A stretch of DNA of 28,263 nt from a virus (Duplodnaviria > Caudoviricetes), in IMG/VR virus record IMGVR_UViG_3300020045_005420, positions 1-28,263 of that record; one strand, 5' to 3'. The notes beneath the pieces were generated by a model that saw only the letters and a program-made list of their open reading frames with translations, was not told where the DNA came from and ran no database searches. The position numbers and the translations under genes were made by a program. Shown here in pieces: positions 18,123 through 25,483 of this stretch (position 1 is the first letter of the stretch; every line of letters begins with the position of its first letter).

Positions 18123-18476
18123 ATGCCAGAAACGTCTCACGAAACGCGACTGGTAAATGCCGAGCGCGATCTTCAAGCCCACGCGAAAACCATCACGGTA
18201 TTCACGGAGGAATTGTCCCACTACAAGGCCCGCGTCGAAGGGCTTGAGGCATGGCGCCATAGTCAGAACATCGTGGACGCACGCGAGGACGAGCGCGACA
18301 AGTCCCTCTATCGCCGGCTCGATGCCATAGAGGACAGCATCAAATCCGTCCGTGACGAGGGCAAGGAAAACACAGACAGCATTACGGGGTTTGGATGGAA
18401 AATCTTCTGGCTGGTGGCTGCAACCTGCGTTGGCGTCTTTGTCACATTCATCTTGAAGGGTGGGCTATTTCAATGA
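18123..18476 (+). CDS. Coiled-coil protein with C-terminal transmembrane helix (XhlA-like / holin-like)
   Basis: Coiled-coil N-terminus and hydrophobic WKIFWLVAATCVGVFVTFILKGG end. Alternative ATG at 18114; SD TAAGGT spacing favours 18123. Confidence 0.7.
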   Translation: MPETSHETRLVNAERDLQAHAKTITVFTEELSHYKARVEGLEAWRHSQNIVDAREDERDKSLYRRLDAIEDSIKSVRDEGKENTDSITGFGWKIFWLVAATCVGVFVTFILKGGLFQ

Positions 18477-18901
18477 AACGGTTCGTCCTGAACGTTGCCT
18501 ATTACACGCTGCTGTTGATGGTCGTATTGCCGACCGTGTACACAGCCGGCCCATGGCTCGAAACCAAATACTGGCCAGTCTTTTCCAAATTCACGATCGT
18601 CTCCGCAACCGAGATCGCGCCTGGCAGAACGCGGGTGGTCGTGGCGTTCGACAAGAACCGGGACTGCGCACCTGCCGGGTTCGGCTGGTTCTCTGGTACG
18701 CGAGGCGGGCCGTTCGAGGAATTGCCAGTCATCGCGCCGATGCAAAACACCGGGGATGCGTCTGGGCGCCCGGTCGGTCGGCAATTGTCGAGGCCATTCG
18801 ATGTCGATGTGCCTGCATCACAGATCACCGGCCATGTGTTTGCCGATATCTATTCGCGCTGCCACCCGCTCTGGGTGACGCGGTCGGAAGCCTATCCGTA
18901 G
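18473..18901 (+). CDS. Membrane-anchored hypothetical protein of the lysis region
   Basis: ATGA overlap with the previous stop; N-terminal TM helix followed by a beta-rich domain with two Cys (RDC...RCHPLW); 142 aa. Confidence 0.7.
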   Translation: MKRFVLNVAYYTLLLMVVLPTVYTAGPWLETKYWPVFSKFTIVSATEIAPGRTRVVVAFDKNRDCAPAGFGWFSGTRGGPFEELPVIAPMQNTGDASGRPVGRQLSRPFDVDVPASQITGHVFADIYSRCHPLWVTRSEAYP

Positions 18902-18949
18902 GCGCCAACCATTGCTGGGTATCTTCCTCAAAAATCGGAGGCTCCCATG
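18894..18949 (+). promoter_or_regulatory. Putative late promoter motif copy 4 with RBS-occluding hairpin
   Basis: ATCCGTAGGCG-CCAACCA(18905-18911)-N8-TATCTT(18920-18925). TGGG/CCCA and CTTCC/GGAGG pairings sequester SD GGAGG(18937-18941). Confidence 0.6.
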
Positions 18950-19162
18950 CTCGAAACAATCGTCCGTTGGCGTACCTGGCTGTTCAATACCGTTGTCACC
19001 GTCCTGCTGTCGGTGGGTGAGCTGCTGATCGCGCTCGATACAGGCTTCAACTGGCGCGAAGTCTTGCCGCCCCAGTATGTCCCCTATGCGATCACGCTGT
19101 TCGCCTTGGCCAATATCTGGATGCGCCCGCGCCCTGCCGTGGTGAAGTCGGATCTAGAATAA
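18947..19162 (+). CDS. Putative holin (two transmembrane helices)
   Basis: 71 aa; RWRTWLFN...DTGFNWREVLP...ANIWMR pattern; strong SD GGAGG; immediately upstream of the cell-wall hydrolase. Confidence 0.7.
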   Translation: MLETIVRWRTWLFNTVVTVLLSVGELLIALDTGFNWREVLPPQYVPYAITLFALANIWMRPRPAVVKSDLE

Positions 19163-20626
19163 ATGGCTGAGCTGACGCAATACCAGAAAGACATCCTGAT
19201 CCGAACGGCTCTCAGCGAGGCGGGCGGCGAGGGCGAAGATGGTATGGCCGATGTTCTCCACGTCATCCTGAACCGCGCGGCGTCTGGGAAATTTCCATCG
19301 GACCCCGCAAAGGTCGCGTTGCAGAACAAGCAATTCTCGTCTTGGAACGCTGGATCTGGCGGGAATAATCCCGGCAAATGGTCGCCTGGCTCTGCGGCAT
19401 ACCAGACTGCGGCTCGCGTGCTCGAACAGGTTGCGACCGGCGGCAAGCCCGATCAGACGGGCGGCGCGCTATATTTCCACACCCCAGGCGCCAGCCCTGG
19501 ATGGCCGAAGGGCGTCAACACCAACGGCAAGATCGTCCGCAACGGGCATGTGTTCTATCCGACGCGCGAGGTTGGATCGGTCGCGACCCAGCTCGACACG
19601 GCCCGGCCGGCTCCAACGCCTGCGAAACCTTCGGCCGTCATGACGGCAGCGCGGAACCGGCAGAACATGACGCCGGCCGCGGACACAGGCGCGACCAAGA
19701 CATCCGTGGCGGCGTCGTATCTTACCAAGGACGGCCAGGGCGTCACCAGCCCGATCGAGATCGTGCAGGGCAAGGAGATGGTGACGAAGCTGCCGCAGAC
19801 GCCTGGGCAGTCCCAGATCGAGCGCGCCAGCCGGCCGACGCCTGGTCAGCCCCAGATCGAGCGCAGCAAGCCGCGTACCGTGGTGCAGCCGTCGAACGCG
19901 GCGCTGGCCGGAGCTGCCAAGTTTGCTGCGGCAAAGCCCGCTGCTGCGCCTGTGGTTGCCAGGGCGCTGCCCGCTACCGTGGCCAAGCCTGTAGCGACCA
20001 AGGCCCCCTCTGCTGCTGAGACACGCGCGGAACAGGCGCTCGCTCGGGCGGCAACCAAACCGGCCGCTGCCCCTGCTGCCAAACCTCGGGCGGTGACTAT
20101 CTCCGCAGCCGAGACGCGGTCAGAACAGGCCATCGCGCGCGCTGCAACCAAGCCCACGGCCAAGCTCGACGGCATTGGCGACATGCCTGCCTTTGGCGAC
20201 GTGACGATGCTGCGCAATTCAAACGTGCCGGGCCCGACTGCCGCGGTCAAAGTGGCCGATCGCCTGCGACCGCAGCCTCCATTGATCGACCCTGGCGCTG
20301 CTCTCGGATACAGCGCTGTCGTGCCCGGTATCCAGTCGGCGGCGATGATCGCGGCGCGCGTGCCCAAGAAGGTAGCACCTGCCCCGGTTACGCGAACGGT
20401 GGCGCGTACCGTGGCGCGGGCGCCGGTCGTGCGCGCTCCAGTGATTGCCCGGCCGGTCGTGCCGGTGGTGGTCCCGCCTGTGGTGCCGACGATCAACCTG
20501 GCCAACCACAATGCCGCGCAACTCGCCGCCGTGGCCGCGGGCAAGTCGTCTTATGTCGGATCGAACGGCGCCGTGCAGCCGACAAAATCCATCAGCGGGA
20601 AACTGCGGAACACATACGGAGATTGA
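19163..20626 (+). CDS. SleB/Hydrolase_2 cell-wall hydrolase (putative endolysin) with long Ala/Pro/Lys/Arg-rich C-terminal extension
   Basis: RTALSEAGGEGEDGMADVLHVILNR...QFSSWN...DQTGGALYFH...NGHVFY is the SleB signature in the first ~133 aa; the remainder is low complexity. Confidence 0.85.
   Translation: MAELTQYQKDILIRTALSEAGGEGEDGMADVLHVILNRAASGKFPSDPAKVALQNKQFSSWNAGSGGNNPGKWSPGSAAYQTAARVLEQVATGGKPDQTGGALYFHTPGASPGWPKGVNTNGKIVRNGHVFYPTREVGSVATQLDTARPAPTPAKPSAVMTAARNRQNMTPAADTGATKTSVAASYLTKDGQGVTSPIEIVQGKEMVTKLPQTPGQSQIERASRPTPGQPQIERSKPRTVVQPSNAALAGAAKFAAAKPAAAPVVARALPATVAKPVATKAPSAAETRAEQALARAATKPAAAPAAKPRAVTISAAETRSEQAIARAATKPTAKLDGIGDMPAFGDVTMLRNSNVPGPTAAVKVADRLRPQPPLIDPGAALGYSAVVPGIQSAAMIAARVPKKVAPAPVTRTVARTVARAPVVRAPVIARPVVPVVVPPVVPTINLANHNAAQLAAVAAGKSSYVGSNGAVQPTKSISGKLRNTYGD
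19802..20155 (+). repeat. Two pairs of imperfect intragenic repeats in the hydrolase tail
   Basis: PGQSQIER/PGQPQIER (from 19802 and 19841) and SAAETRAEQALARAATKP/SAAETRSEQAIARAATKP (20009-20062, 20102-20155), diverged mainly at third codon positions. Confidence 0.75.
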
Positions 20627-20628
20627 CG

Positions 20629-20910
20629 ATGGACTGGCTGATCAATTTCGTTCTGGGCGTCGTGCCCGTCTGGGTGTGGGTGATCGTGGCTGGCGTGGCC
20701 CTGGGCGCCGCGTGGCGCTGGTTCGGCTGGCAGGGTATCGTCGGCGGGCTCGCGGCCGTCCTGACGCTCGGCGCCTATAGGCAGGGCTGGCGCGATCGGG
20801 ACAAGGGCGTTGGCCATGTGGTGCCGCCCGGCGATAAGGTGGTCGGACGATATACGCCGCCCCCTGTTCGGAAGCGGCGCACCGTGATCGATATTCTGCG
20901 CGGGGATTAA
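20629..20910 (+). CDS. Small membrane protein of the lysis region
   Basis: ATG 20629 with SD GGAGA; Trp/Val/Gly-rich hydrophobic N-half and basic C-terminus (VRKRRT). Confidence 0.7.
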   Translation: MDWLINFVLGVVPVWVWVIVAGVALGAAWRWFGWQGIVGGLAAVLTLGAYRQGWRDRDKGVGHVVPPGDKVVGRYTPPPVRKRRTVIDILRGD

Positions 20911-21317
20911 GCGGCCGCTGCCTCGCGCTTGGCAGGCTTGCCCTTGGCCGGCACAACGGCCGGTTCCGTCACCGTGCCATCATCCTCGATCGGACTGGCG
21001 CGCTCGGCCATGGCGTCGTCGGTTGCTGCCGGCTCGGGCTGGGTCAGCATGTCCACGAGCGGGCTGTTCTCCGCGATCCCCTGCACATCGTTGGCCATCT
21101 CTACGGCGCGTTCCTCGGCCGTCTGAGCGTCAACGCGGCGGGTCTTGCTGTCGGTCTGCACCGCCTCGATCTGGGCCGCTGCCAGAAGCGGGGCATAGTC
21201 GCTGGTTTCGTGCGCCGTCTTGACCAGGGTAAGGGCGGCAAGCTGCTCGTCCAGCGTCTTGCCGGTGGGGAGCCATGCCTTGATTACGATTGCGATGCCG
21301 GTCTGGTTGGTTGCCAT
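20907..21317 (-). CDS. Hypothetical protein, last gene of the leftward early operon
   Basis: 136 aa; SD GAGGA upstream; abuts the previous gene's stop; phage-like codon usage. Confidence 0.7.
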   Translation of the reverse strand: MATNQTGIAIVIKAWLPTGKTLDEQLAALTLVKTAHETSDYAPLLAAAQIEAVQTDSKTRRVDAQTAEERAVEMANDVQGIAENSPLVDMLTQPEPAATDDAMAERASPIEDDGTVTEPAVVPAKGKPAKREAAAA

Positions 21318-21923
21318 TTAGTGGGTGTCCTCGGTGTTGATGGTGGATGCGTTATTGGCGGCGATGATCGCGTCGTGCTGTTCTTCGATCAGGATGTATG
21401 CGGCTGCGAGATAGTTCATGGCGCCCAGCAGTTCGGCCTGGGCCTTCATGTGTTCCTGCCGGCCGAGCATGCCCATGGCTTCCTGCGCCTTCTTCATCGC
21501 CTGGCCGGTCTGGTAGCCGGCGCCGACCATGCGGCCGATTTCCATGATGGGCTGCTGGAGGAATGGCTTGCCGTTGGCGTGTCGGTCCTTGCCCTTGCCG
21601 CGAGCGGCCTGGTCGTGAGCTTCGAGAAGCGTGACGAATAGAGGCTCATATCCCGGCGCCGCATGCGGGCGGTATCTGTCGAACCGATCCATGTCTTTCG
21701 TTGGCAAATTCACATCGACAGAGTCATGCAAATTTTTTGCCGGCCATGGTGCGATGATGTCGTTATCGGGGGAATATGGGCACGTACCGTCTGCATTGAA
21801 AAACGCGCGAAGCCCTTCACCGATCCGTGCGCTGAATGGAAACTTGCTCGAATTGGACGGCATCATCGGCCCGGCGCGCTCATCTTTTCGCGTCCGGTAA
21901 AATCCCCCTTCCTCAATCAGCAT
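21318..21923 (-). CDS. Conserved phage hypothetical protein (two-domain)
   Basis: N-terminal GGFYRTRKDERAGP module plus helical C-terminal QAARGKGKDRHANGKPF...GQAMKKAQEA...ELLGAMNYLAA module. Confidence 0.75.
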   Translation of the reverse strand: MLIEEGGFYRTRKDERAGPMMPSNSSKFPFSARIGEGLRAFFNADGTCPYSPDNDIIAPWPAKNLHDSVDVNLPTKDMDRFDRYRPHAAPGYEPLFVTLLEAHDQAARGKGKDRHANGKPFLQQPIMEIGRMVGAGYQTGQAMKKAQEAMGMLGRQEHMKAQAELLGAMNYLAAAYILIEEQHDAIIAANNASTINTEDTH

Positions 21924-22119
21924 CGTTTAATCCCTTCCGCATCTTCTGCGATGCCTGCTTGATCCTCTCGCGAGCCAGCAACAGCGCCGCCTCGTCGTCG
22001 TGTCGTGGGTCGTGGGCGATTGCCTGGAGCCGGGTGGCGAGAATGCCCGCCTCCTGCGCCACCCGTTTCAGTTCCGCCCGGTCGCTGATCCGGGCCTCGA
22101 TGCGGACGAACGCGGTCAT
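21913..22119 (-). CDS. Hypothetical protein
   Basis: 68 aa; TGATG coupling to the recT stop; overlaps the start of the next gene. Confidence 0.65.
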   Translation of the reverse strand: MTAFVRIEARISDRAELKRVAQEAGILATRLQAIAHDPRHDDEAALLLARERIKQASQKMRKGLNDAD

Positions 22120-23012
22120 CAGATATCGTCCGTATGCTGCTGGCCGTCGCCCATGCCATCGGGGAATTCGTCGGCAACCTCGCCAGTCTCGGCGTCATAG
22201 TCCACGGCGTCTTCCTGCTGCGGCTCGGGCGTGATGTCCTTGAGCGCTGCTGCCGCTGCGCCGCGCTTCTTGGTCGGTGCCGGTGCTGGCGCATCGTCGG
22301 CCTCAATGTCGTGGGTGTAGTCGTCATCGATCCGCTCGACGGCCTGGTGCAGCGTGTCGCGATCGGTGCTGCTGGGCAGATACTTGGACAGGCGGCGGAA
22401 CACGGTCTTGCGCGCCATCTCGCTCCAGTCGGTCGACCAGGGCGTGGCCTTGATCTTGCCGGCCTTGAACGCGCGATAGGCGTCACTGCGATCGCGGATG
22501 CCATTGACCTGATCGACGGTCATCACCTCGCGCATGATCGCGCCGTCCTGCAAGGTGGCCACGGCATAGACCGCATAGGGCTCGCCGCGCTTGGCCTTGA
22601 AATCGATCTTGTGGGTGATCCGTTCCTCGTCGCCCAGCAGGTATTCGAACTCGTCGCCATCGTGGACGATCTGGACGGAGATGGATTTGACCATGCCCGA
22701 ATTGTAGGCGAGCTTGAGCAGCCCGCGCATCATCGGCCGGTACTGCGCCTCGCCGTTATAGTCGATCACCAGCGCGGCCTCGCGACCGTCGAGGATCAGG
22801 CCATCGGCTGCGGCTTTCGAGACGGCCTGCAACAGCGAGCCGGGCTTGGCCTTCTCGATGTTGCGCGTCATGGCGATCGCGGTCTGGGCCGTGCGAAGGA
22901 ACTTCTCCTTGGTGATGTGGCCGGGCAGGGACATGCCGATCTGTTCGATACGGTCGGCAACACCTTTTTGCAGAACGGCGACGGGGTTGGCTTTAGCGAC
23001 TTCGGTTGCCAT
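22119..23012 (-). CDS. recT: RecT family single-strand annealing recombinase
   Basis: SLPGHITKEKFLRTA, AAADGLILDGREAALV, GLLKLAYNSG and PWSTDWSEMARKTVFRRLSKYLP motifs; acidic tail; SD AGGAG. Confidence 0.95.
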   Translation of the reverse strand: MATEVAKANPVAVLQKGVADRIEQIGMSLPGHITKEKFLRTAQTAIAMTRNIEKAKPGSLLQAVSKAAADGLILDGREAALVIDYNGEAQYRPMMRGLLKLAYNSGMVKSISVQIVHDGDEFEYLLGDEERITHKIDFKAKRGEPYAVYAVATLQDGAIMREVMTVDQVNGIRDRSDAYRAFKAGKIKATPWSTDWSEMARKTVFRRLSKYLPSSTDRDTLHQAVERIDDDYTHDIEADDAPAPAPTKKRGAAAAALKDITPEPQQEDAVDYDAETGEVADEFPDGMGDGQQHTDDI

Positions 23013-23175
23013 TGATTATCTCCTTGAGAACTGCGATGGCGCGGGTTCTGAGCGCGCCTTGTGATGATCGGGCCACGCGCCAGAGGACCGGCTTGACGTG
23101 GGGATTGGGAGCGCCGCGACGGTGGAGATAGACGGCGCTCCAGTATTGGCGGGTCAGGTTGCGGAGATCCGTCAC
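22993..23175 (-). CDS. Small hypothetical protein between the exonuclease and recT
   Basis: 60 aa; GTGA overlap with the exonuclease stop; fills the gap to recT. Confidence 0.45.
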   Translation of the reverse strand: MTDLRNLTRQYWSAVYLHRRGAPNPHVKPVLWRVARSSQGALRTRAIAVLKEIINGNRSR

Positions 23176-24020
23176 TCAGCCTCCCCATCGCGCGGCGCTT
23201 CGGTTTCCCGATAGGCCCAGAATTTGAACGCAAGTTCCTGCACGCCCTCGCCGTATGCCGGCCACTTGTCGGTGCGCTCGCACTCGGCATAGACGGCCAG
23301 GGCCTTGCGCATTGCGGCGCGGCCTTCCTCGACAATCGACGGGGGCAGCTCATAGACGGCGAACGCATAGGGCGGCTTTTTCTCCACCACGAGGAACGCG
23401 AACGCCTCGACCTCGCCACCGGCCGCGGCCCAGGTGTCTGTGTAGTGGGCCTCCTGCGCGTGATAGCCATACTCGATCACGGCGCGGGCGAACTGCTCGG
23501 GCGCGGCGGATCGGGCCGACTTGAGATCCAGCTTCAAGCCCAGATCGGGCCGGCGTAGATCGGGCCGGCAACGGATCAGCGCGCCGGTCGCCGGGTCGAT
23601 GGCATAGGCCGACTGCTGCACTTCGGCTTTGCTGCTGGCGATGATCGAGTTGATCCACCGATCGGCGTGGACTGCATCGCGGATCGTCAGCACGTCCTCA
23701 TAGTCGCCGCTGGTCAGCAGCAGGCGCCCAAGATTGTTCGCCTCGGCAACGGCGTCCGTCCACTTGTCGCCGCGCCGATCGGCCGGGCCCTTGAACACGC
23801 GAGCCTCGAACTGGTCGGGCTCAAGGATGGCGCTATCGATGGCCGATCCCATGTCGAAGGCATTGGTTTCGGTGCGCTCGCCAAATTTGTAGTGGGCCGG
23901 GCTGGACTTGTAGATGGTCCAGAGGCCCGTTTTGCTGATGCCAGGGCCGGAATGATAATCGTCGTTTGATAGGTAGTCGTAGATGCCAGGCTGAATGGTG
24001 GTGGGGGTGATGGCGTTCAT
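23172..24020 (-). CDS. RecE/exonuclease VIII-like PD-(D/E)XK nuclease (DUF3799 type)
   Basis: PGIYDYLSNDDYHSGPGISKTGL...SPAHY, RCRPD, DLKS, YGYHAQEAHY and FLVVEKKPPY motifs; adjacent to recT. Confidence 0.92.
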   Translation of the reverse strand: MNAITPTTIQPGIYDYLSNDDYHSGPGISKTGLWTIYKSSPAHYKFGERTETNAFDMGSAIDSAILEPDQFEARVFKGPADRRGDKWTDAVAEANNLGRLLLTSGDYEDVLTIRDAVHADRWINSIIASSKAEVQQSAYAIDPATGALIRCRPDLRRPDLGLKLDLKSARSAAPEQFARAVIEYGYHAQEAHYTDTWAAAGGEVEAFAFLVVEKKPPYAFAVYELPPSIVEEGRAAMRKALAVYAECERTDKWPAYGEGVQELAFKFWAYRETEAPRDGEAE

Positions 24021-24042
24021 GTGAAAACCCTGCTGCTTGCGT

Positions 24043-24114
24043 TGTGATAATCACAGTGATGGGCGCAAGCAATGTGAATGTCAACGCAGAATTTCAGGAA
24101 TTCAGATAATCACA
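24043..24114 (-). promoter_or_regulatory. Leftward early promoter with three operator-like sites
   Basis: TTGACA at 24084-24079 (minus strand). Sites TGTGATAATCACA(24043-24055), TGTGAATGTCAAC(24073-24085) and TCAGATAATCACA(24102-24114). Confidence 0.7.
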
Positions 24115-24158
24115 TCAGGTATCGTAAACCAAACGGACCTCGCGGCCCGGTCGGTCGA

Positions 24159-24779
24159 TTATTGCAGGACGCCGATCACCTTGGATATGGCCTCGATCTT
24201 TACGGACCGCTTCTCGCCGCCTGCCATCTCAAGCGTCACGTCGCCGGTCTTGCTGGCCGAGAGAACCTTGCCCATCACCTGAACGCCATCGCGCAGCCTG
24301 GCCATGGATAGCGTGCCCATCTCGGGCGGCTTGCCGGCGAACTTCTCATAGACCACGACTTGATCGTTCCAAATGCTCAACGCTCCCTTGGGCGCCATGA
24401 CCAGGGCGGCGGTGATATCGCTGGCCCTGTCGAGCGGGACGATGCCGCGGATCTTGTCAGTCAGCTCGGCCGGCAATGGGATTGGATCGGGCGCCCCGGT
24501 CACGCGGCTGTCGCCGTCGACAATCTCGGTCGCCTCGATAGACTTCAACCCGGTCGGCGCCACGGATAGTCCCGCGTGCTTTAATACATCCTCGACCGTG
24601 ACGCCAAGAAACCTGGCGATCTTGGGCACTTCATCGAACTTCATCTTGCGCTGGCCAGCCATCAGGCGGCTCGATTGAGATCCGGCTATGCCGAGATACT
24701 TGCCCAATGAATTCTGAGACTTACCGACACGCGCTAATTGCTTTCGGAACCATTCACCGTCAACTTCACTCGTTTCCAT
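24159..24779 (-). CDS. cI: CI-like phage repressor (XRE-type HTH)
   Basis: WFRKQLARVGKSQNSLGKYLGIAGSQSSRLMAGQRKMKFDEVPKIARFLGV HTH; 206 aa; divergent from a small Cro-like gene. Confidence 0.85.
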   Translation of the reverse strand: METSEVDGEWFRKQLARVGKSQNSLGKYLGIAGSQSSRLMAGQRKMKFDEVPKIARFLGVTVEDVLKHAGLSVAPTGLKSIEATEIVDGDSRVTGAPDPIPLPAELTDKIRGIVPLDRASDITAALVMAPKGALSIWNDQVVVYEKFAGKPPEMGTLSMARLRDGVQVMGKVLSASKTGDVTLEMAGGEKRSVKIEAISKVIGVLQ

Positions 24780-24843
24780 TTTGCCGCCCCGTTGCTTAAA
24801 TCGTCCTGTTGTTGCGCTTTCTACACCACCTTGGCAATAGCGC

Positions 24844-24919
24844 TGTGACGAAAGGTGTTAATACCTAAAATTGTTGACGATGCTGCGGTCGCTGTGTACG
24901 TTGTGATTATCACAGTGAT
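24844..24919 (+). promoter_or_regulatory. Rightward early promoter with operator
   Basis: TTGACG(24874-24879)-17 nt-TACGTT(24897-24902). Perfect TGTGATTATCACA at 24902-24914 lies over the start site; half-sites at 24844 and 24873. Confidence 0.75.
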
Positions 24920-24933
24920 TTGGGAAAACCGCA

Positions 24934-25167
24934 TTGACCTATGCACCAGAAAAGCACCGGACGCCATGGCAGCGCGTCGTCGCCAAGTTCGGTATGAAGC
25001 CGTCCGACATGGCGCGGGCTCTGGGCCGCGACCGTTCCAAAATCACCCGCCATCTGCGCGACGAACGTGGCGTCATTACCGGCGTCGACCAACTGCTGCT
25101 GATCGCCGTGGCAAAGGATCTGGGCGTCGAGTTGACTCCCGAGGATCTGACCCCGGAGGTCAAGTGA
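24934..25167 (+). CDS. cro: Cro-like HTH regulator
   Basis: 77 aa; KFGMKPSDMARALGRDRSKITRH HTH and LTPEDL C-terminus; TTG start; divergent from cI. Confidence 0.75.
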   Translation: MTYAPEKHRTPWQRVVAKFGMKPSDMARALGRDRSKITRHLRDERGVITGVDQLLLIAVAKDLGVELTPEDLTPEVK

Positions 25168-25406
25168 TGTCGGCCGAGCGCAGCATCCACGCCCCGGCGA
25201 ACGTGCCGGTGATGACCATGGCCGAGCAAGCCGACTGGCTGCTGGCGCTCTGGGATCGGACCTTTCTGTCTGATGGAACGCGCGCTGCCGAGACGATCGT
25301 GTCGCTGAGCGGCGAGGATGCCGACACGCTGCACGCCATCGGCTGTCGCATGGCCAGGATCGCACCGCATGAACGTGCCGTTCGGGCGCTGGTGGTGGGC
25401 GAATGA
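25167..25406 (+). CDS. Hypothetical protein
   Basis: MSAERSIHAPANVP..., 79 aa; SD GGAGG; TGATG coupling to cro. Confidence 0.7.
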   Translation: MSAERSIHAPANVPVMTMAEQADWLLALWDRTFLSDGTRAAETIVSLSGEDADTLHAIGCRMARIAPHERAVRALVVGE

Positions 25407-25483
25407 GCCGGGCGCAATGGCTGGTGACGCTGGCCGTGCTGTCGTGGGGGCTGGTTGCCGCCGTGTGGCTGGTGCTGGCATGA
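25403..25483 (+). CDS. 26-aa single-pass membrane peptide
   Basis: MSRAQWLVTLAVLSWGLVAAVWLVLA; ATGA overlaps at both ends; below the size cut-off of the ORF track. Confidence 0.6.
   Translation: MSRAQWLVTLAVLSWGLVAAVWLVLA

Noticed and set aside
18088-18125. Possible fifth late motif before the XhlA-like gene (CGTCCCACGTT, TAAGG/CCTTA stem)
   Set aside because: Lacks CCAACCA, the upstream invariant bases and the 8-nt spacing; the stem is only 5 bp.
24043-24914. CRP/FNR-type sites suggested by TGTGA...TCACA
   Set aside because: The spacer is 3 nt, not the 6 nt of the CRP consensus; the placement fits phage operators.
24855-25406. 183-aa track ORF spanning the cro region
   Set aside because: Its 5' part overlaps the promoter and cro in another frame; the supported gene starts at ATG 25167 with SD GGAGG.
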